Positions 28,201 to 40,200 of a DNA stretch of 64,000 nt are shown here, one piece after another. This stretch comes from Podarcis filfolensis (Eukaryota), in the NCBI GenBank assembly GCA_964270895.1, contig OZ185435.1. One strand, given 5' to 3'. Position 1 is the stretch's first letter. Every line of letters begins with the position of its first letter. The notes beneath the pieces are model-generated. The model was not told the DNA's origin and did no database searches. It saw only the letters and a program-made list of their open reading frames with translations. The position numbers were made by a program, and so were the translations under genes.

Positions 28201-31200
28201 ATGGATCGTGTGCCATCCTCTGCACCAAGGAAAGAAGATAACGTCTGCAATTGCAGCCAGAAGCTGAACAGACGGCTGGCCCCAAGAGGGGGTGTTTTCC
28301 AAGCAACGGAGCCCCAAAAAGGTATGCTGAATATCGGGCTAAAAGTGTGAATGCAGATTGATTTATTCTCTGGTTCACGAGAGAGCTGCGTTTGGAAAAA
28401 CAGCTCTGAAAGAAAGGCTTGCATACCAGAAATTCTTGTGGCGAGATAAGGATGAAAAGTATGCACAGTTGCTAAGCAACGACAGTCAGGGCAGTGGAAA
28501 ACTACTGACACCTGGGGCTGGCTCAGTCAGAGCCGGGAAAGCGAAAGTTGTTTTGACTTTGAGACAGCTTGGAGAATTGCCTGCCTGAGAGAGAGGCAGA
28601 AAGACAGCTCAAAAAGGAGCTTTTGGGATTTTAACTAGCTCGAGGGTGTAGAGCTGAGACTTGGATTCAAAATGGATCCCAAGAAGGGGGGAGCCTTGCC
28701 TTACCCGCCTCTCCTGACTAATGACAATTATTCATCTTGGTCTGTAAAGATGAAGGCCCTGCTGCAGAATCAGAGGATTTTTGGGGTGATTGAGAACCCC
28801 ATCCCTCAAGCACCAACCAGAGGTTGGGAATCACAGAATGTGAAGGCCAGGACGGCTATAATTCTGTGTGTCTCGGATGATCAACTTGTGCATATTCAGG
28901 ATTTGGAATATGCGCGTGAGATTTGGGAAACGCTGCGTAGAACACACCAGAGAGATGCTGGCTCTTCAGCGTTGTTGTATTTTGAGAAGCTGACCAATCT
29001 GAGGCTTGCGCCTGATGGAGATGTTCAAGCGCACCTGACGGAAATGAAATATCTGCGCCAACAGATGGTGGAACGCAATTTCCGTCTGCAGGAGGAAGTG
29101 TTTTGCTTCATGATGATTAACAGCTTAAATCGGACTTACAAAACCGTTGCCAGTCAGCTGGGTTCCCTCCCCGCGAACGATTTCACCGCGGAAAGGGTGT
29201 GTGCCGTTGTTTTGAATGAACACGACAGGCTTGCTGCACTGGAGGTGAAGGACAGGGGGAGGGAAGAACGGAGTTCTAATTCCCCCACTGATGTTGCTAC
29301 TGGAGAGGATGCTGTAGCTTTGAACGTTGTCCGATGCTACAATTGCGGACAGACTGGGCATCTTCAGCGGAACTGCAAGAAGCCACGCCAGCCGAAAGGA
29401 GCGAAGGGCCGCTCAGCAAAGCCTGAGGCAGCAGGCAAAGGTCATACCAAGTCTTCGGTGAAACCTGCAAAGGCCCTGATGGCGAAAGGAACCACGCCAG
29501 ATGTTGGACACTCTTTTGTAATCGATACGGGCTGTAATTTTCATATGTCCCCACACAAGGCGCTCTTTTCAACGTTTAAGAAGCAAAGCTTCGCTGTGGA
29601 ACAAGCCAACGGTCAGAAGCTGGAGGCGACCGGGGTTGGATCTGTGTATCTTAAGAGTCTGAACTTGACAATAAACAATGTTTACTTGGTTCCTGAACTG
29701 AAGTTCAATCTGCTGAGTGTTTCGCAGATTGCAAAGAAAGGACTGAGACTGTCCTATGATGATAAGAGCTGCGAGATCTTCAAAGATGGAGAGTTATATC
29801 TTTCTGCCAGACAGAAAGGTGGACTGTATTTGTTGGACTTTGAGCAAAGTGATTACATGGAATGTAATTCTGAGTCTAACATGATTTCTCTTGCAGGTGT
29901 GACCAAAACGAGCGCCAAGAAGGTGGCCAGGGTCGACAGAGCGTTTCAGCGGGTGTATGCTGATGTGATTGGTCCTCTAGAACCATCTAGAGGCAATGCA
30001 AGATTTTATCTTGTGTGTGTGGATCATTTCTCTAACTTTGTCTGGGTTTATGTGTTAGAGAAACCACAGGAAGCCTTGGAAAGGTTTCAGGAGTTTTGTG
30101 ACAAAGTTAAAGACATGCATGATGCTAACATTGATTGTCTTTTGACAGATGAGAAGCAGATTTTTCTTTTACAGGATTTCCAGAGGTTCCTGCAGAAGAA
30201 GGGGATCAGACACAAGATTGCTGTTTCAGCGGAAGCGTGGAACAGGGGTGTTTGTGAACGGGTGAACAAAGAATTGCAAAAGGGGATGAATGCGCAATTG
30301 CTTAGTTCACATCTGCCACATGAGTACTGGGCCGAGTCTCTAATGTCGTATTGTTATACGAAAGTGAGAAAGGTTTCAAAAGAGTTGGGAAGTTCTCCTT
30401 TTGAGAAACTGTTCCAGAGAAAACCTTCTGTTGCCCATTTCAAGGTTTTTGGGTCTCATGTGAGGACAGAAGCTCCAGGTGGAGTAAAGAATGCCAGAGG
30501 CATTTTTGTGGGATATGAAAAGGGTCTCTACAGAGTAATTTTGTCTGAATCTGGTCAGGTGATTCTCACAAAATTTCTAGAGAGTGCTCCTGAAAAGGAG
30601 AGAGTGATAGCACACACATTTCCCACAGAGGACGATTCAGATGATGATGATGATTTCACACAGTACAGTGGTACTGAGAGTGATGACACTGATAGCTCGG
30701 AGAGCTCAGTTGTCACAGTCATTGAGAGGAAATCTCACACAATGGATAGACCTTCACAGGTGAAGGATGAGCCACTGTTTGCTGTTGGAACTGGTTCTCC
30801 TAAGAGTCCTGAGACAGAACCAGTGAGCAGAGAGGACCAGCACCTCATACGCAGGTCTGAGAGAGTCACAAAGGGTGAACCACCCAAAAGGTACTCAGAA
30901 GAGTATGCTAATTTAGCTGTTGCATGTGTTGCTGTTGTACACAACCGAGGACAGGTTGGAGCTGTGTCAAAGTCAGAGACAAAGACACAACAGAGAGTTG
31001 CTAGCCAAGGTAATGCAGATGCACTCATTCCTTGGAAGCCAGACAACCAGAGAGGTACACTGGGGAAACCAGTGGCGGGTAGTTCCAAGGGTGGAACTGA
31101 AACAACAGGGGAGTGTTATGTGTATAACAACTGTTTGTTTTCTTCTCTGGATCACGCTTTGCTTGCCGCAACATGCATTGATTCTTTTGGGGGAGGTTGT

Positions 31201-34200
31201 TACGAAAAAGGAGCAATGCTGCTGAGTGCTCCAGATGGCTGGAAAGCCAAACAGGATGTTGATGTTTTGGGACTGTACCGTGGGAAGAAGGGACAGTCTA
31301 TTATGTGCTCTGAGCACCGGATGTTAGCTCAGAGTGTCACATGACCCTGTACTGGAAGTACATGGGTGGAGTTATTCTCTCTCTGCAGCTGGGTATCAGA
31401 GAGTGCAGACATGTTGTTCTCTGCACTGAGGAAAGACAGAAATAAAGGCATGTAAATACATTTCTGTCTGTCTCTTTCCCCTCCCTGGGGATGGCAGGGA
31501 GAGAGGGAGGAGGAGTGGCTGTGTTCTTCTCACGTTTGAAGAAGGATCGGCCGATAAAGACCTCGCCTTGTCTTGCCGGGAGTCGCTGACGGGGGAGGCC
31601 AACAAGGAATCAAGCCGGGCACCTGGAGAGTGCCAAATGCCTCTGAATGACAAGGCTTGATATCAACAAGTTCTCGGGTTAAGAACTTAATTCGTTCTGG
31701 AGGTCCGTTCTTAACCTGAAACTTTTCTTAACCTGAGGTACCACTTTAGCTAATGGGTCCTCCCGCTGCCGCTGCACCACTGGTGCACGATTTCTGTTCC
31801 CATCCTAAGGTAAAGTTCTTAACCCAAGGTACTATTTCTGGGCTAGTGGAGTCTGTAACCTGAAGCGTCTGTAACCCGAAGTACCACTGTACCAGCTATG
31901 AATATATTTTTTTCATTTACAACCAACCAGTTGATGATTTTTGACTGAAAAGGTTGAGCATGCAGAACTGGGAGAATTATGAGTATGACTCCAATTTGCA
32001 GTCACGGTAACAGATGAATGATGGTGCCCTCAGGCTAAAGGATGCCCTTTCTTCCATGGCAGCCACACAAGGAAAAACAGGGCAAGTCAACACTGGTTAC
32101 ATCCTTTTCCACCTTCGAACTGTGCAGCATCCTCCTTTTCTTCCTCCCTGGAAGCTGAGGCTGAGAAGAAGTCCAGTTGCACAGCGCAGATAACTGAGTC
32201 AGCTCCCTGTGTGATCAAGTTCAGCTTGGCAGCCTCCAAATGCCAGCAGCCTCCTCCACTACATTGATGAGTCAAGATGGCAGGATGCCATGTTAATTTC
32301 AGAGCAGCACACACATGTTGACACATTGCAAAACAGACTGAGGATCTACTTGTCAGTCTGATATGGCAACATGGACTATTTTTGTTTCTGCTCCCTCCAA
32401 CTTGCCTGGCTTTCTCTTTCCAGAGTTTGTGCAGAGGAGAACAAAAAGGGAAGAGCTGCTAAGTACCACTTTCCTATAAAGCATTCCACTCAGAAACCCA
32501 ATATTCTGTTCAGGAACCCCACATAGGTGAATCGCCCTGAGACCTCCGGGTATAGGGTGGCATATAAATTCTAACAACAACAATAACATTAGAAAGAGGC
32601 ATCTCTGCTTTGGAGGGAAATGAAGGAACTGTCAAATCCACTTCGCTAGAAAAATGCATATCTTGGCTGAGTGGGGATGTGAACCCTAATCTCCTAGCCT
32701 AACCACTCTCATCACTACACCACTCTGCCTCAAATTATTTGCATTTAAAGGGCAACTTTGCGAAGGACCATCACCAACCCCCGTCTTTAATCCTGGATAG
32801 GGTGCGTGGACAGGGACAGGGCGAGAGGCTCCCGCCAGTCAGTCCATTTCCTCCTGTGACCCCACAAACAAAGGGAGGTTTTCAAAAATAACAGAGGAGC
32901 TTCCTTCTGTCAAAGGAATGTCCTCTACCTCACCTAGGGAGAAGCAAAGCAAAGCAGAAAGCAAGGTAGCCAACAGAAAATGGGGAACAAGTACTCTGAG
33001 CACACACACACCTGCTTCCTTTCATTGCCTTTATTATTTGTTTATATTTATTTCATTTATATCTGGCTTTTTCCTCCAAAGAGCTCAAGGTGCCATACTT
33101 GGGTCTGCTGACGGAAGCCCAGGGGAAGGGCAGAGCCCTGGGCAGCTGACCCTGCTGCCTCTGCCTCCCTTTCACGGGACAAGCAAGAACAAAGGCTCAC
33201 AGTCCGAGCCCCGATCTGCCCAGAAGCAGCCGACTGAAATGCACATTGGAAGGGGGTGCTTTATTTATTGCGTTTTCCTCGGAGGCGGTGCACGCACTTC
33301 TTCCCCTTCTCCATTTCACCATCACAAGGGCCCTGCGAGGTAGGCTGGGGGTGGGGTGGGGGGCTTGCTGGGAGCCCCTTGGTACCGGGGAAGGGAGTGC
33401 CAGTCACCTGGTTCCCTGGGCAGCGGGGCTGCGGTGGGGGGCACAGGCTGGCGCCCTAGCCGGGCACCTGCAGGCTCCTCCCGGGTCCGACGTGCCTGGA
33501 GGGCGTCGCCGCGGCTGCCCGGGCCCCCTCCCCTCCGCTGGGCAGGGCAGCTTAAGAAAGCAAGCGCCGCCCCGGGCGCGGGCACTTGCCAGCGCCGCCT
33601 CCGCGCGATCCAGCCGGCCATGGAGAGCGAAGCGCGCACTTGCCACCTGAGCGGCGGCGGCGACCCGGCGCCCCCGGGCGCCATCACGCTGGAGGAGCTG
33701 GAGAGCGGCGGGGCGGCCGGCGGGGACGAGGCGGCGGGGGCGGCCGGCTGCCCGGACTCGGCGTACGGCAGCAGCCTGGAGGACAACGCCGGCGACGAGC
33801 AGGAGCAGGAGCGCCTGCTGAGCTACTGGCAGAGCGTGGGCCGCGGGCACCGCGTGGACGTGCCCCGGGGTAAGCCAGGGGGAGCCGGCCGCGCTCCGGG
33901 ACGGGCAGCGCGCTCTCGCCTTGGCGCAAAAGGCGCGGACTTCACTCGCGCCCCAGCCCGGCTAAGCCTCTCGCCGGCGGTTTAAGGGGCTTTCGGTCTT
34001 ACAAGGATTAGCTTGGGAAGGGGGGCGGGGGGGCTGCTGGCCGGCAAGCGCCTGCTCCGGGCTTCCGAAGGCGCTCGCCACTCGAGGGACAGGGAGCGCT
34101 TGCAAGGAACGGGCTCCGTGGAGCAGGAGCGTTAGGAAGGGATCCCTTCCCTGGCAGGCCGCCGTCTTCGCCAGCTGTTTCCCATTCACGATCAGGGGGA

Positions 34201-37200
34201 AGTTAGGGCTGCTTTCAGCTTTGGTAGAGGGAATCTAAGCAAGGGGATGGAGCCGGTGCCCTGCGGAAAGGAGGCAGAGCTTTCGTTTGTTTTTTAGTTT
34301 AGAGAAAAGGCAAGTGAGAGGCGATATGAGAGAAGCCTGCAAAACTAGGCATGGCAAGAGTGGACAGAGAGGAAAGTTTTTCTCCCCCTCCCCGTACAAT
34401 ATAATTCATGGGCATCCAATGAGGCTGAATGTTGGAAGGTTCAGTTCCGATAAAAGAGCACACAGTGCAGAGTTACAGCGTGGAACTCCCTCCCATAGGA
34501 CACAGGGAGGATTAGACAAATTCATGGAAGAGGAGAGGGCTACCCTGGCTACTAGCCACAATGAGGCAGCAGCAGTTCTGAATGTCAGCTGGTGGAGGCC
34601 ACAGGAGGGGAGAGTGATGCTCATGTGCTCAAATCCAGCTTGTGGGTTCCCCACAGGCCTCTGTTTGTCCACTGTGAGATGCTGGACTAGATGGTCCAAC
34701 CGCCTAATTCAGCAGGCTCTTCTTACGATTACAACAGGATGGGCACCTGCTTCCACAAAGCAGAGCATGGATACCATACTTTCTACCAAAAACCTTTTGC
34801 CACCTGCTCGTTTATGTTTGTCACTCAGCGTGTTTCCAAGCCATGAAATTAATTCCTCCCACCACGGAGTTTCCAGAGAGTTCATTCGATGGAAGGGCGA
34901 GGAGAGACGGTGTGCCAAAGTGGTTTTGTGTAGGACTGTGCACTGGCCAGTGTTGCCCTGCAAGTCTGCAGTAGGAATTGCCTTGCTGAGTAAGAGAACC
35001 ACCCAGTTTAGCCCAGTAATCTGCCTACAACGGGTGATGTCCTGCCCAGCTCTGTAGGAGGAACACCTCATACTAGTTGCCCAAGCTAATATGATCTACT
35101 GTGGCTGGCAGCAGCTAGCATGGTCTTAGGGTAAAGAAAGGTCTTTCACATCACCTTCCACCTGATCCTTTCAGATGCCATGGGGATTGAACTTTCTGCA
35201 CACAAAAGAGATGCTCTACGCCCCTCCCCAGAGATGATCATTGCCCCCAGCACCTGCAAATGTGATCTTTGGTGCTCCTGAAATTGGATGCTCCATCCTT
35301 GGCTATTACGATTAATATCCACTGACAGATACATCTCCCACTAATTGTTTAATCCTTTTTGAAAACCATCTAAGTACACACACCCCGGCTGACACTTAAT
35401 GCTATTATTGGTTTGACATCACAGAACTACAGTGAAGGCTGAAGCTGGCCAAAGGTTTCAAAAATGCTCTGCAAGGAAACCCAGCATGGTGCATTAGTAG
35501 TTTTGAGGGGAGTCTGGGGTGGCGGAAGCGCATCAAATTATGGCAATGGAGCAGGATACTCTGTCCATCACAACTTAAGACCACAGAAAGTAGTGGTGAA
35601 GAGAAACTAGAACTATTATCTACAGGGAAATAGCAGACAAATGCTCTAGCACATAATGGCAAAATCCTGCTTACCACACTGCAAGGGGACATAAGCATCA
35701 AAGCTACTTTGGGGTGGGAGGTGTTTACTACCTTCCACAAGGCAAAGACTGTCCAGCCACTTGGCCTCAAGAGATGAATATATTCTATCATAACATACCT
35801 ATGACATAAGTGTCGTCCTACAATGAAAGGTTTAATGGATGATCAGTAGCACTCTGATGGGGGGGGTGTCAGAGAAGTCTCCCTCCAAGCCATGCCCAAT
35901 TATTAAAACACCAATGAAAGGTCATACGGTGACAACAAACTGCTTCAGTGATGGTTGTAACATAGCCCACTCTTAAGCATTTGATGGCACAGCAAAAATC
36001 AGAACCAAACATGGGACCAACCACTGCTTCTCCCCAATGGAGATAGAGAAGTGGTTTGAAGTTGGTTTGGTTAGCAACACAATTGGTTATAGTAATTAAA
36101 GGTTAGTTAATGGAGCAATCTTACAACTAGGGTCCTGTGCAGAGATGTCATCCACACCAGTCTGTAATGTCTATGTCTTGTACACATTTGCTGTGCTAAT
36201 GCATTACATTGAACTAAAAGTCACATAGACCAGTCAAAATAAGTTATGCAAATATTGCAATTAATTTTACTTTGGCATCAAAACAAAATTAGTTGGTTGT
36301 TCTTAAGTCCAATAAATATCAGTGTATCTTGGAAACAAGCCTTTTCCAAACTGTGTTCTATTTCTTACTACCTGTGTTCTAGTCTCACCCACATAAGAAT
36401 TTTCATATGTGAATCAGGCATATTTACTTCTATAAACAATTTAATCACATTTTTACAGATATGGCAGAGCCAATCCAACAGCTGACCAGAAATAACCATC
36501 CTCAGGAGAGAGAAAGTGTTCCATTTGTTGTGATAGCCCGTAAAGAACAGGTATCATCTCTTCATTAAAATACACCTTCATGCATTATAGCAAGAGCGGG
36601 CAGAGAAACAGGCATGGCTTCTACTTTTGTATATCTAACAAGCAGTCAGATTTTAGTGAATGGAAAGTGGTCTTAAAACTAGTTTTTAAAAGCTCTCTTT
36701 GTTCCTTCCCAATTTTAATTGTGCTCTAAAAGGAAAAAAAATGTTCCCTACCTAACATGTTCTAACCCTACTGCAGAGGTCTAAAAATGTATTTTGTCAA
36801 TGGATGCACAAGTGGCCTCAAAGGCATGAAGTAATGGTCAGCTAATGCTAATATTCCCCCCTGCCGCTTCCTCATGGAGAAAGGTAGCCTAGCCTTAGCT
36901 GTAACCCCTGGGTTGGATGAGTTCTCCTCAGCCTAGCTGCATTCTGAAAGACCAAGAGGGCAGGTAGACTGTGTATATATGAACAAATTCTGTGTTATGA
37001 ATTACCCTATCCAGCCATCACAAATATTGATTATTTCTGAATGAATTCACCCCTTTCAGAGCCATACTCACAGTCTACAACAGTGGTGGATGTCAAATAC
37101 TGGTAGAAGTAAAAGCTTTCCTGAAGGCCCACCACCCGTGTGCCTTAGTCTTCCTTTTAACTCTTTAACTTGCCTTAGGGTGGTGGTATGTGGGTAATAA

Positions 37201-40200
37201 ATTATAACAGCAACTTTTGAAACTTTACAGCTTGGGAATCTTCTTTATGAAAAACGCCACTATGAAAAGGCGAAATGGGCTTGCGTCAAAGTGCAAGAAA
37301 AGCAGTATGAACAGAGCATATGCCTAGGATTCATGAAGATTATGAGATACATTTGTCAGCAGAATTCATCAGGTAAATAATTGTTAGACACACATTTTGT
37401 TCTGACTGCACCACATTAGTTATAAATGCGCCATTTGATCCTGCAAGAATTCCCAAATGCAAAATTCCCCAAGGCTGCAAAATTTGATTCCGCATGTGTG
37501 ATTTAACTTCACAACTAGCTGACGGGTAATGTCAGGAAATTACTAATGACGATATGCTTTTCTCAGGCCTATACTTGGGAATGACTGTTCCCATTGCAAC
37601 CATAGTTCGCACCAGTGAGAGCACTCCAGGCATCACAAGATTTGTGACTGTAGCATATTACCTCCCCAGTGGGCTGCAAGAACAGCCACCTGCACCCAAT
37701 GATCCGGATGTTGTCATTGAAGAGTGGCCTCCAACCATTATTTATGCCAGGTAAGAATCAAAAGTTGCCTATCTAAGTGCCAGGGTTGATTAGCTGAAAA
37801 TCTCACCATCATGACACATTCTTTTCCATGGATTCATTCCAAACACTGAACAATTCAAAACCTAAATCCTCTCATCCAAATACACCGGTACTCAGCATTT
37901 CATGTTTACTTTGTGCTATTTAACCTTGACTGTGAGTCCTGCAACAGCTGCTCCCTGCCTTGCTGGCGTTTTCCCACCTGGCCTGATGCCAAACCAAGGC
38001 TTTGCATGTTGTCTGAACTGGTGCACATGGTGAAACTCTCCTCACTAACCATGAGCTGTAACCATGGTTTTTTCATGCACCTGGAAAGGAGCAAAGCCCC
38101 TTTGACCTCACCCTCTGAGAACCCTCACACTCCCAGTAAGCCTAGTTTGGCTTAGTGTGACAAACCAGGCAAATGTGTGATTATAGATAGCTATTTAATT
38201 TTAATTAAGCAAGGAGCAGTCTGAGACAAAATCAAGCAAGTGTTAAGACCTTGTCAGGTATCTTGGCTCCAGCTACACAGTGCCTTCTGGATATTTCTTT
38301 AAGTTGATGAAAAAGCAGGATATGTTTGTTTAAGCACATTTGTATCCTGGTATTAGGCTTCTAAAGCAGCTTAACTATAACTACCAACACACACACCAAC
38401 TAAAATCTCGGTCTTGAAATCACTGGATTGTATCCAACTCACTCAACTAATTCTTTCTCCCTCTTCTTCCCTGCAGCCCCTTGCTACCCCCCCCCAGCCC
38501 CACTCAAAAGCCTCTCCAGAGGGTCAAAGGTGGTTGCCCAGACCCTTTGGAGGAGCTTTTTATGGGGGGCAGGAGGGGAAGGGGAAGATTGGTTATGCGA
38601 GCTGCCTTCTACTCACCCTAAATGTATTTAAAATTCTGTTTTCATTACTGAAATGTTTGCTATTCTGGGTTCCCATGGGAGCAAGGACACCAGACTACAA
38701 GTGCAGAATATCTGTATCCAATAGTTGTGTGGAAACAAACACAAAAATCAACAAGCACTGAGAATGATACATGGCATGCAGAATTCAGCCTCTAACAATC
38801 TCAACACTCTCCCCAGCCCACTTTTTATATGTGTGTGTGCGTGCACACACACACATATATAATATAAACAGAGAAATGGGTAGTTTCTAGCGTTTGTAAC
38901 TTCAGGGATCTTGTTGATGTCTTTCAATCTACACTTTCAATCTACAATCAAGGGGTTGCTGTAAGTCTAAAACGAATAAAATATTATTTTAAAATGGCTT
39001 GTTCACAGGGCCTTCAGAGGAGTCACCAACGAAACGTCCATTGCAAGAGAAATTAATATGCTGGCCGAACTTCTGGAGAGTCCTGAGCTGTGTTTGCAAG
39101 ATACCTTCATAGTTGCAGGATACACAAATCCAGCTGCTACAAATCGACAGAACGAAATATGGTTTCTTGAAAGACCATAGCTGGCTATTTTTGAGCTACA
39201 AGACAGCCAAGTTCCATTGACGGATCACCCATGAAACACGCAGGTGAACTCTAGTCAGCTAGCTGGAATGATCAAGAATGATATGTAGCCATTAACTTTA
39301 TAAAGCCTATTTCCTAAGAAAACACGAATATCACATTCCACCAGCATAGCCTGACAGACAAACCAGCTTCCTTCCTCAGCTATTAAGAAGGCAAACTTGG
39401 AGTGTCTGTTGCCAGTTTTGAAGGGTTTTTCCTAGCTGTTGCTTCAGTTATGTATAGTCACTAAGATTTCAAGCACTTTCACCAAAATTAAGACACAGGA
39501 GATATTCTGTATTAAGAGAAATAAAGTGTTCTGTTCCCTTGGCATCCCTCCCAACTCTACACTTCTGTGATTCTTCCCAGTATTTATTCTGACATGCAAG
39601 AGTGCTTCACTAACTCAATGGAAGTTGAAGTTGTAGGTAAAACTGCACAATTTCTGAACATTTTATCTGATGCTACACAATCGCCATTCATTTGAGAGAG
39701 GCTACAGAGGTAGATCCACCAAAATGAACTGCATTGTCTGTGAGCAAATAATACCCTAGCAGATGCTAACAGTAATTATTCCTCATTATTACACAAGTTT
39801 ATTTTTATAAATACAATGCTATTGACTATTTTCTTCTGAATATCTACTATAGGTGAACAGAAATTGCTACCTCCTTTATCAACAGAAATAGTGTTTTATT
39901 GTACAGTGGTACCTCTGGATGCAAACGGGATCCGTTCCGGAGGCCCGTTCGCAACCTGAAAAGAACGCAACCCGTGTCTGTGTGGGTCACGATTCGGCGC
40001 TTCTGCGCATAACGTCATTTTGCACATCTGCACACGCGCGAGCAGCGAAACCCGGAAGTAACCCTTTCTGGTACTTCCAGGCCGCTGTGGGACGCAACCT
40101 GAAAACGCGCAACCTGAAGCAAACGTAACATGAGGTATGACTGTATACATTGTTGATATCTTGGCTGTGAGTCCTGGAAGACTTGTTCCCTGCCCTGCAG

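Larger units (their letters stand above)
27668..31668 (+). mobile_element. Ty1/copia-type LTR retrotransposon lacking RT/RNase H (4001 bp)
   Basis: 471-bp TG...CA LTRs at 27668-28138 and 31198-31668. PBS TGGTAGCAGA at 28141-28150 is complementary to the tRNA-iMet 3' end. PPT GGGGGAGG at 31189-31196. Domain order Gag-PR-IN. Confidence 0.93.
27658..31889. mobile_element. Tc1/mariner-pogo-like MITE split by the copia insertion (27658-27667 plus 31669-31889)
   Basis: TA-CAGTGGTACC...GTACCACTG-TA; body matches the intact copy at 58989-59182. Confidence 0.85.

Noticed and set aside
33246-34189. Many overlapping GC-rich ORFs on both strands
   Set aside because: Stop-poor CpG island; only the frame from ATG 33620 splices into a coherent protein. 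The same applies to the ORF clusters at 47585-48554 and 50804-51646.
36551-37230. SOUL intron 2 donor GTATCATC as a possible U12 intron
   Set aside because: Deviates from GTATCCTT, and there is no CCTTAAC branch site near the acceptor.
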